Assembly: GCA_038874655.1 (NCBI GenBank)
Contig: JAVZBY010000002.1
Span: forward strand, 1 to 24,000
Length of the DNA stretch: 24,000 nt
Reading direction: 5' to 3'
DNA from: Candidatus Woesearchaeota archaeon
Lineage (GTDB): Archaea; Nanobdellota; Nanobdellia; Woesearchaeales; GW2011-AR15
This document shows, in pieces, positions 1 to 6,526 of the stretch. The position numbers were made by a program, and so were the translations under genes. The notes below the pieces were generated by a model. That model ran no database searches. It was not told the DNA's origin and worked only from the letters and a program-made list of their open reading frames with translations. Position 1 is the first letter of the stretch. Every line of letters starts with the position of its first letter.

Positions 1-70
1 TTCTATCTCTTTGCTCTCTCCTCTCTGCCTCTCTAATTGCCTTTATAAACTCTTGTAAGGGTGATGTCAT
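1..70 (-). CDS. hypothetical protein, N-terminal fragment (gene runs off the window start)
   Basis: Not in the ORF track because it leaves the window. A reverse-strand ATG at 70..68 opens the frame MTSPLQEFIKAIREAERREQRDR... down to position 1. It is preceded by GAGGGGTGATAAAAA, an SD-like motif of the same GGGTGA type used by other genes here. Its ATG overlaps the TGA of the upstream gene as ATGA (67..70), suggesting translational coupling. Confidence 0.4.
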   Translation of the reverse strand, partial: MTSPLQEFIKAIREAERREQRDR

Positions 71-636
71 TTTTTATCACCCCTCTTCTTCTTTAATGCC
101 CTTATATAAATTGTCCAGATTGTTTTATTATTACGATTTAATAGTTTAGCAATCTCTATTAATTTTAATCCTCTATCCTTAAAATATAAGCAAATGCTTT
201 CAAAGCATGTTAATTTTTTTTCAAATATACTAAGGGGGATAGAATATTTATAATTTATGTTATTAAAGAGGTTTTTTTTCTTTTTAACAGCATTATTATA
301 ACTGCTAATAACATTAGAATGACTTCTTTTAATTAATTTTGAAATTTCTTTAAAACTTAAGTTTAGATTTTCATGTAAATATTTCACAATTGCTTCTAAT
401 ATGCCTAAATCTTTCTCAAAAATAGAACAGGGAATTTGAATTTCTTTTTTTTCAAAATAGATTTTAATTTCATACTCTTGTAAACCATTCTTTTCTTTTA
501 TTTCATTTAATAATGAATTTAATACTTTACTAAATATTTGTCTTTCCTCATCCTTTAGAAATTGATCTATCTCTATAATTTGTTTCTTTTTATTTTCTGA
601 AGTTTCTTTTAAATTTTTTTTTAATTTTTTTTTCAA
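67..636 (-). CDS. DNA-binding protein with two tandem sigma-70-region-4/LuxR/Tfx-like HTH repeats
   Basis: Track ORF of 189 aa. There is an internal duplication: aa 68-121 IPCSIFEKDLGILEAIVKYLHENLNLSFKEISKLIKRSHSNVISSYNNAVKKKK versus aa 133-185 IPLSIFEKKLTCFESICLYFKDRGLKLIEIAKLLNRNNKTIWTIYIRALKKKR. Each repeat fits the pattern L-x-x-E-x-(I/V)...(L/S)-x-x-EI(S/A)KL...R...(I/V)...Y...A-x-KKK, typical of three-helix region-4-type HTH units. The family call is by pattern only. Confidence 0.6.
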   Translation of the reverse strand: MKKKLKKNLKETSENKKKQIIEIDQFLKDEERQIFSKVLNSLLNEIKEKNGLQEYEIKIYFEKKEIQIPCSIFEKDLGILEAIVKYLHENLNLSFKEISKLIKRSHSNVISSYNNAVKKKKNLFNNINYKYSIPLSIFEKKLTCFESICLYFKDRGLKLIEIAKLLNRNNKTIWTIYIRALKKKRGDKK

Positions 637-645
637 ATATATTTA

Positions 646-882
646 ATTATTTAAGAAATAATATATAAATTTTACTAAATTATTTAATTAAATTAAAAAA
701 AAATTTTATTTTGTAATATTTTTTTAAATTATTTAAGAATATTTAGCTTATCTTTATCAAATACAAGTTAATTATATAACCTTTCTAATTATAATTTTTT
801 ATTATTTAAGAATTAATTAAATTATTTTTTATTTATAAATATTTTTATTAAATTATATATTATTTAATTTAATTATTTAAGA
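646..882. repeat. four dispersed direct copies of ATTATTTAAGA in a divergent intergenic region
   Basis: Exact 11-mer cores at 646..656, 728..738, 801..811 and 872..882, giving spacings of 82, 73 and 71 bp. A degenerate copy AATTATTTAATTA lies at 678..690. The G-containing core stands out in an almost pure A/T spacer. Confidence 0.5.
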
Positions 883-935
883 TATTATACTAAATAAAAT
901 AGCTAATATAAAAATAATTAGATCTACACTTTAAC

Positions 936-949
936 AAAATCTTTTTAAG
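936..949 (+). promoter_or_regulatory. candidate BRE/TATA promoter (AAAATCTTTTTAAG) for the first HAD gene
   Basis: The TATA-like CTTTTTAAG is centred about 28 nt upstream of the ATG at 973. No SD is present, consistent with a leaderless mRNA. The same 14-mer pattern recurs at 4594, 9851 and 17906. Confidence 0.3.
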
Positions 950-972
950 TTGAGTATTTTTTTATAAATTGC

Positions 973-1632
973 ATGTTAAAAGCAGTTATATTTGATAATG
1001 ATGGTGTTTTGTCAGATTCTCACTCTAATATTAATAAATTATTTACTACCCTAGTTAATAATGAATTAAACCTTAATATATCAGAATCAGATTTTGCAAA
1101 ATATCCTGGGATGAGATTTGAACAAAGAGCTGAACAATTTGCAAAAGAAAAAGGATTAATTATTCCAAAAGAGAAAATAGAAAAACTAATAGAAAAAGGA
1201 AGAGAAATATACTTTAAAGAGATATTAAATCAAATAAAACTTTATCCAGGAGTTATTGAATTGTTGAAAGAATTGAAAGAAAACAAAATAAAAATTGGAT
1301 TAGGCACAAATGGTAGCAAAAGAACAATAATGAGATTATTTGATAATTATAATTTGCATGACTATTTTGATTCAATTGTTACTTTTGATGATGCTTCACA
1401 AGGAAAACCTCATCCTGAAATTTTTTTAAAAAACGCAGCAAACATGAAAGTTAAACCAAAAGAATGTGTTGTTATTGAAGATTCTATTGAAGGTATAATG
1501 GCAGCAAAATCTGCACATATGAAAGTTATTGCAGTAAAAACAACTTTAACAGAGAAGGAATTAAAAGATGCAGATTTAATTGTAGAAAGCATTAAAAATT
1601 TAAACCTCAAAAAAATTCAAAGTTTGTTCTAA
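973..1632 (+). CDS. HAD-superfamily hydrolase, subfamily IA (beta-phosphoglucomutase/phosphatase-like)
   Basis: HAD motif I is FDNDGVL, motif II GLGTNGS, motif III GKPHPEIF and motif IV EDSIEGIMAAKSAHM. Confidence 0.85.
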   Translation: MLKAVIFDNDGVLSDSHSNINKLFTTLVNNELNLNISESDFAKYPGMRFEQRAEQFAKEKGLIIPKEKIEKLIEKGREIYFKEILNQIKLYPGVIELLKELKENKIKIGLGTNGSKRTIMRLFDNYNLHDYFDSIVTFDDASQGKPHPEIFLKNAANMKVKPKECVVIEDSIEGIMAAKSAHMKVIAVKTTLTEKELKDADLIVESIKNLNLKKIQSLF

Positions 1633-1658
1633 ATAAAAAAAATTAAAAAATTTAAAAA

Positions 1659-2318
1659 ATGATAAAAGGCATAATCTTTGACATGGACGGAGTAATTATT
1701 GATTCTAACACATTTCATTATTATAATTGGAACTCAGTTTTTAAAAAAAAATTTAATATAGAGATCTCAAAAGAGGATTTTGCTTCTAGGTTAGGAGAAA
1801 GTGCAATCCATTTTACTGAATTTTTTATTAAAAAATATAATCTTGATAAAGAATATAATATAACAGCAGAAAAACTTTTACCAGAAATAATAGAAAAATA
1901 CAAAAATATAAATCATTTAAAATTAAAAACAGGAATTAAAGAAAAATTACCTCTTTTTAAGAAAAATTATAAAATTGCATTAGCAACAGGAGCAAATAAA
2001 GATTGGGCTATACAAGTTTTAGAGCATTTTGAAATAAAAAATTATTTTGATTATATTATAGCTGGAAATGAAGTAAAAAGAGCAAAACCAGAACCAGAAA
2101 TTTTTATAAGAGCCGCACATGGTTTAAATTTAGATACAAGCCAATGTATTGTTATTGAAGATGCAGAATTAGGTATAATAGCAGCAAAAAAAGCAGGTTG
2201 CTTTGTAATAGCAATTCCAGATGATTTAACAAAAAATCAAAATCATAATCTAGCAGATTTAAAATTAAATTCTATAAATGAATTAAATAATGAAATATTG
2301 CAAAAATTAGTAATTTGA
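1659..2318 (+). CDS. HAD-superfamily hydrolase, subfamily IA (tandem paralog)
   Basis: Motif I is FDMDGVI, motif II ALATGAN, motif III AKPEPEIF and motif IV EDAELGIIAAKKAG. It has the same length (219 aa) and orientation as the preceding gene. Confidence 0.85.
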   Translation: MIKGIIFDMDGVIIDSNTFHYYNWNSVFKKKFNIEISKEDFASRLGESAIHFTEFFIKKYNLDKEYNITAEKLLPEIIEKYKNINHLKLKTGIKEKLPLFKKNYKIALATGANKDWAIQVLEHFEIKNYFDYIIAGNEVKRAKPEPEIFIRAAHGLNLDTSQCIVIEDAELGIIAAKKAGCFVIAIPDDLTKNQNHNLADLKLNSINELNNEILQKLVI

Positions 2319-2417
2319 AAATAAGAAATATCATAAACTTTTATAAACTTATTTTTATTTATGATAATAAAATAAACCAATTAATTAATTTATATTTTAA
2401 GATTAAAGGGTGAAAAA

Positions 2418-3815
2418 ATGGATTATTATGTTAAAGATTTATCATTAGCAGAATTAGGTAGAAAAGAAATATCATTGGCAGAAAAAGAAATGCCCGGTTT
2501 AATTGCTTTAAGAGAAAAATACGGAAAGGAAAAACCATTAAAGGGAGCCAGAATAACTGGAAGCTTACATATGACAACACAAACAGCAGTTTTAATTGAA
2601 ACATTGAAAATTTTAGGTGCAGAAGTAAGGTGGGCTTCTTGTAATATATATTCAACTAACGATGCAGCAGCAGCAGCAATTGCTAAAGCAGGAATTCCTG
2701 TTTTTGCTTACAAAGGTGAAACCCTAAAAGAATATTGGGAATTTACATTTAAAGCATTAAATTTTCATGGTAAAGGTCCTAATCTAATAGTTGATGATGG
2801 CGGTGATGCAACTTTAATGATACATAAAGGATATGAAATTGAAGAAAATCCAGAATTATTAAAAAAAGATTACTCTAATGAAGGACAAGATTTTATTGAA
2901 TTAATTAATGTTTTAAAAGAAATTTATTCAAAAGATAAAAAAATATGGCATAGATTTGTTAAAGAAATTAAAGGAGTCTCAGAAGAAACAACAACAGGTG
3001 TTCATAGATTATATAAAATGATGGAAGAAAAAAAACTATTGTTCCCAGCAATTAATGTGAATGATTCAGTAACAAAAAGTAAATTTGATAATTTATATGG
3101 TTGTAGAGAAAGTTTAGCAGATGGCATTAAAAGAGCAACAGATGTAATGGTTGCTGGAAAAACAGTTGTTGTATGTGGTTATGGTGAAGTTGGAAAAGGA
3201 TGTGCACAATCAATGAGAGGTTTTGGTGCTCGAGTCATAGTAACAGAGATAGATCCTATTTGTGCACTACAAGCATCAATGGAGGGCTTTGAAGTAAAAA
3301 CAGTCGAAGATTCTTTAGAAGAAGCAGACATTTATATAACAGCAACAGGAAATTGTGATGTTATTACCTTAGAGCATATGCAAAAAATGAAAGACCATGC
3401 AATTGTTGGAAATATTGGACATTTTGATAATGAAATTCAAGTAGATAGATTAGTTAATTTTCCAGGCATAAAAAGAGAAACAATAAAACCACAAGTAGAT
3501 AAATTCACATTTCCAGATGGTCATTCCATAATATTATTATCAATGGGAAGATTATTAAATTTAGGCAATGCAAAAGGACATCCAAGTTTTGTGATGTCAA
3601 CTTCATTTACAAATCAAGTTTTGGCACAATTAAAATTATGGAAGGAAAACTTAAAAATTGGGGTTTATATGCTTCCTAAAAAATTAGATGAAGAAGTTGC
3701 AAGATTGCATTTAGAAAAATTAGGTGTTAAACTAACAAAATTAACAGAAAAACAAGCAAAATACATAAATGTACCAATAGAAGGTCCTTATAAACCTGAG
3801 CATTATAGATATTAA
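2418..3815 (+). CDS. ahcY: S-adenosyl-L-homocysteine hydrolase (adenosylhomocysteinase), long insertion-containing type
   Basis: Diagnostic segments are [52 protein letters not shown] (NAD Rossmann motif), [10 protein letters not shown] and the C-terminal tail [10 protein letters not shown]. The SD GGGTGA lies at 2408..2413. Confidence 0.95.
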   Translation: MDYYVKDLSLAELGRKEISLAEKEMPGLIALREKYGKEKPLKGARITGSLHMTTQTAVLIETLKILGAEVRWASCNIYSTNDAAAAAIAKAGIPVFAYKGETLKEYWEFTFKALNFHGKGPNLIVDDGGDATLMIHKGYEIEENPELLKKDYSNEGQDFIELINVLKEIYSKDKKIWHRFVKEIKGVSEETTTGVHRLYKMMEEKKLLFPAINVNDSVTKSKFDNLYGCRESLADGIKRATDVMVAGKTVVVCGYGEVGKGCAQSMRGFGARVIVTEIDPICALQASMEGFEVKTVEDSLEEADIYITATGNCDVITLEHMQKMKDHAIVGNIGHFDNEIQVDRLVNFPGIKRETIKPQVDKFTFPDGHSIILLSMGRLLNLGNAKGHPSFVMSTSFTNQVLAQLKLWKENLKIGVYMLPKKLDEEVARLHLEKLGVKLTKLTEKQAKYINVPIEGPYKPEHYRY

Positions 3816-3916
3816 AATTTTTTATTTATATCTTTGTTTTTTTAGATTTCTATATCACTAGATTTTAATTAAAGCTTTTTTTTGTTTTTTTTTGAAATAA
3901 TAAAATTTTTTAATCT

Positions 3917-4477
3917 TTGTTTTTTTTTAATCTTGTGAAACAAAAAAATAAACTCTTTTTTGAAATTAGAAAAACAAACTTTTTTTTTAGATTACTTATT
4001 TTTTTGTTGTTATTCTATTTTATTTTTAAAGGAATTGCAGTTTTAGTAATTTTAATAACTCTCTCTATAGGATTAAGTTATTTAATAAATTCACTAAAAA
4101 TTAGATCTCTTGGTATAGAATTAATAACATTTATTGCAGTTTTATCAGGGATGAGATTTGGTTGGAAACTTTCTTTTATAATAACTTTTATATTGATTAC
4201 ATATCATCTAATTGCAGGAGGCTTTCTTGGAACCTATATCTTTTGGGTAATTCCTGCATATTGTTTAGCTGCGATTATTTCAAGTTTTTTTCCCCATGCT
4301 GATATCACAACATTAGGGATAATTATGACACTTGGAATTAATTTAAATAATATCTTCTTTACATCAATAACCAATATTGAATATTTACCAAAATATATGA
4401 TATATGTTATAACAAACATAATTTTTAATTTTTTATTATTTACAATTTTTGGGAAAATTTTTTTACTTTTGATGTAA
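3917..4477 (+). CDS. polytopic membrane protein, unknown function (non-ATG start likely)
   Basis: Five to six hydrophobic segments. The first in-frame ATG is codon 79, after two predicted TM helices, so a TTG (3917) or GTG (3935) start is needed to keep them. It resembles the ORF at 14996..15610 (shared ...V(I/L)TN(I/S)II... end and a basic loop before G-I-(E/N)). Confidence 0.5.
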   Translation: MFFFNLVKQKNKLFFEIRKTNFFFRLLIFLLLFYFIFKGIAVLVILITLSIGLSYLINSLKIRSLGIELITFIAVLSGMRFGWKLSFIITFILITYHLIAGGFLGTYIFWVIPAYCLAAIISSFFPHADITTLGIIMTLGINLNNIFFTSITNIEYLPKYMIYVITNIIFNFLLFTIFGKIFLLLM

Positions 4478-4593
4478 TTCTTTGTTTAAGGTTTTTTATG
4501 TTCTTTTATTAATTAAGCAAATATATTACTAAAATAAATTTAAAATAAACATTATTTTATATATTTTTTAAACTATATTTTTTAAAATCTATA

Positions 4594-4607
4594 AAAAACT
4601 TTTTAAA
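4594..4607 (+). promoter_or_regulatory. candidate BRE/TATA promoter (AAAAACTTTTTAAA) for the wHTH gene
   Basis: The TATA-like core is centred about 27 nt upstream of the ATG at 4630, and there is no SD. Confidence 0.3.
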
Positions 4608-4629
4608 TGAATAATTTTTTTTAATTTTT

Positions 4630-4902
4630 ATGGCAGACATCTTTAGTGTTTTTTTCAGAGAAAAACCAGCTAAAATGCTCATAGAAATGCGTAGAACAAC
4701 AAAAAAAGGTATATATGCTTCTAATATTGCAAAAGCAGTTGATTGTACTTATTCTCATGTTGTTAAAATATTACAACAAATGGAAAAATCTGGCTTAGTT
4801 GCTTTCAATAAACAAGGCAGATTAAAATATTTAACATTAACAAAAAAAGGAGAAGAAGTTGCTAATTATATTGATAAAATAAGTCAAACTTTAAAAGAAT
4901 AA
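4630..4902 (+). CDS. small winged-helix (ArsR/MarR-like) transcriptional regulator
   Basis: 90 aa. The segment IYASNIAKAVDCTYSHVVKILQQMEKSGLVAFNKQGRLKYLTLTKKGEEV matches the HTH + wing (beta-hairpin G-R) pattern. Confidence 0.65.
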   Translation: MADIFSVFFREKPAKMLIEMRRTTKKGIYASNIAKAVDCTYSHVVKILQQMEKSGLVAFNKQGRLKYLTLTKKGEEVANYIDKISQTLKE

Positions 4903-4959
4903 TTTTATAATTCTATTACATTACTTTATTTTTTAAAAACTTTTTATAAACTTAATTAT

Positions 4960-5032
4960 AGCCCTGTGGTGTAGCGGTCAATCATGCAAGGCTCTGGACC
5001 TTGAGACCCAGGTTCGAATCCTGGCAGGGCTA
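4960..5032 (+). tRNA. tRNA-Gln (anticodon CUG)
   Basis: Hand-folded cloverleaf. Acceptor stem AGCCCTG/CAGGGCT (7 bp, A1:U72), discriminator A, no encoded CCA. Anticodon stem CAAGG/CCTTG with loop CT-CTG-GA. T-arm CCAGG-TTCGAAT-CCTGG. Variable loop of 4 nt. It is a GC-rich island in AT-rich DNA. Confidence 0.9.
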
Positions 5033-5060
5033 TAAACAAGAAGAATAGCAATGACGAGAT

Positions 5061-5089
5061 AGAAAATGCTAATGGAATAAACATTTTCT
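5061..5089. terminator. stem-loop between the convergent tRNA and reductase genes
   Basis: AGAAAATG (5061..5068) pairs perfectly with CATTTTCT (5082..5089) around a 13-nt loop, with T-rich flanks. The function is not established. Confidence 0.2.
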
Positions 5090-5126
5090 TTACCTAGTAT
5101 GGCTATTTTTTAATTATAATCTTTAA

Positions 5127-5720
5127 TTATAATATTTTTAATTTCACTAAAAAACCTTCTCCTAATTTTTTAACAGACAAAACTTTTGCTTCTAAAATGT
5201 TATTGATTTCACCATTAATCATACTAACATGATTATTACCAGCAAATACATTTGCATAGTATATAAAAAAAATATCCCATTCCTTTTCAATAATTAAACT
5301 TCTTATTACTTTACCTCCACCTTCTACTAAGATTTTTTTAATTCCTTTTTCAAACAAAATTTTTTTAATATTTTTCCAAGAAAAATCATTTGTAATTACT
5401 AAATTTTCAATTTTCTTTTTTTCTAATTTCGTTTTTTCTGATGTAATTACAATGGGGTTTCTTTCAAAAATTTTTTTATTAGAATTTAAAACTGCTTCTT
5501 TATCTAAAATTATAGGAACAGGATCTTTTCCATATCCTTTTGAGGTTAAACTTGGATTGTCAATATTAATTGTATTAGCACCAACTAAAAGTCCATCAAC
5601 TTTTGTTCTTAATTTATAAACTCTTTCAAAATCTAGTTTATCTGATAAATATCTTAAAGAAGTTAATCTACCATCTAATGAAACAGCACAATTAATTATA
5701 ACTCTAACATCATTTTTCAT
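5127..5720 (-). CDS. 2,5-diamino-6-ribosylamino-4(3H)-pyrimidinone 5'-phosphate reductase (RibD C-terminal-domain / archaeal ArfC type)
   Basis: INCAVSLDGRLT, VDGLLVGANTINIDNPSLT, GIKKILVEGGG and LGEGFLVKLK match the archaeal stand-alone reductase pattern. I prefer the ATG at 5720 (MKNDVRVI...) because GGGAG lies about 6 nt upstream; the track start at 5753 is a less likely N-extension. It overlaps the ribA stop by 11 nt. Confidence 0.85.
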   Translation of the reverse strand: MKNDVRVIINCAVSLDGRLTSLRYLSDKLDFERVYKLRTKVDGLLVGANTINIDNPSLTSKGYGKDPVPIILDKEAVLNSNKKIFERNPIVITSEKTKLEKKKIENLVITNDFSWKNIKKILFEKGIKKILVEGGGKVIRSLIIEKEWDIFFIYYANVFAGNNHVSMINGEINNILEAKVLSVKKLGEGFLVKLKIL

Positions 5721-6414
5721 TATTTCTCCCTTTTTCATTATAAAATAAGTCATCTAACATATGATGTTGTTTTATCATTTTTGTTTCTAAATATTTTTCA
5801 TTAAATTTATTAGGTTTTATTAAAACAGGAATTCTGCCATTAACAATAATTCCATATTCTTTTAACTGTTCAATTTTATTAGGATTATTTGTAATTAGTT
5901 TAATTGATTTTATCTCTAATGCTTTAATCATCAATGAAGCTATTTTATAATCTCTTTCATCTTCTTTAAACCCAAGAATTAAATTCGCTTCAACAGTGTC
6001 ATATCCTTTATCTTGCAATTCATATGCTTTGATTTTATTAATTAAACCAATACCTCTTCCTTCTTGTCTTAAATATAAAACAACACCATTTCCTAGTTCT
6101 TCAATTTTTTTTAGGGATTCTATCAATTGTCTTCTACAATCACATCTCAATGAACCTAATGCATCACCTGTTAAACATTCAGAATGTAATCTTACAGGAA
6201 CATTCTCTTTATTAGAAACATCCCCTTTTACAATAGCCACATGCTCTTTTTGGTCTTTATTATTGTAAAAAGCAACAATCTTAAAATTTCCAAATTCACT
6301 TGGTAAATTTGCTTTAGCTACTATTTCAACGCAAACATCTTTATCACAATTTCTGCAATAATGATATCTCTTAAGTAGATCATCTGAAAAATTATTAAAA
6401 TTTATATTTAACAT
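5710..6414 (-). CDS. ribA: GTP cyclohydrolase II
   Basis: RLHSECLTGDALGSLRCDCRRQL (zinc Cys triad), YLRQEGRGIGLINKIKAYELQDKGYDTVEAN and KLITNNPNK. There is an N-terminal extension of about 30 aa containing CRNCDKDVC. Confidence 0.9.
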   Translation of the reverse strand: MLNINFNNFSDDLLKRYHYCRNCDKDVCVEIVAKANLPSEFGNFKIVAFYNNKDQKEHVAIVKGDVSNKENVPVRLHSECLTGDALGSLRCDCRRQLIESLKKIEELGNGVVLYLRQEGRGIGLINKIKAYELQDKGYDTVEANLILGFKEDERDYKIASLMIKALEIKSIKLITNNPNKIEQLKEYGIIVNGRIPVLIKPNKFNEKYLETKMIKQHHMLDDLFYNEKGRNNEK

Positions 6415-6526
6415 AAAATCTAAAATAAATATTAAATTTTTAAATTTATTCTTAAACCTAATAATTAAAATAATAAAAAGATAAAAAACCTTTATTTTTA
6501 TTGACTTAAATAAAGGAAAATTTAAA

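Noticed and set aside
637-972. CRISPR array or replication origin interpretation of the repeat-bearing AT-rich region.
   Set aside because: The repeats are only 11-13 nt, the spacers are unequal (about 60-70 nt) and compositionally identical to the repeats, and no cas genes are present, so it is not CRISPR. For an origin call there is no adjacent orc1/cdc6 and no recognisable ORB-type element with a G-rich half. It is kept only as an unexplained repeat finding.
1410-1610. Antisense track ORFs inside well-supported genes. These are 1410..1610, 1721..1903, 2431..2655, 4234..4419, 5996..6268, 7128..7325, 8282..8713, 9050..9430, 10225..10416, 11330..11569, 12025..12252, 14319..14501, 18835..19272 and 22137..22322.
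   Set aside because: Each lies wholly or almost wholly opposite a gene with clear family motifs. Their translations are low-complexity (I/F/L/S/K-rich) with no motif, SD or promoter. They are typical shadow ORFs of AT-rich coding DNA.
4935-4950. AAAAACTTTTTATAAA as the tRNA-Gln promoter.
   Set aside because: Its TATA core is centred only about 16 nt from the mature tRNA 5' end (4960), which would put the start site inside the tRNA. The upstream T/A run CTTTATTTTTTAAAA (about 4924..4938), or read-through from the wHTH gene, fits better.
5033-5126. Possible C/D-box sRNA or tRNA-linked element downstream of tRNA-Gln. The patch is relatively G+C-rich and contains ATGACGA, which resembles a C box.
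   Set aside because: There is no D box (CTGA) or C'/D' pair at suitable spacing, and the C-box match has a mismatch. Only a simple 8-bp hairpin (5061..5089) is supportable. No integrase gene or duplicated tRNA 3' end suggests an integrated element.
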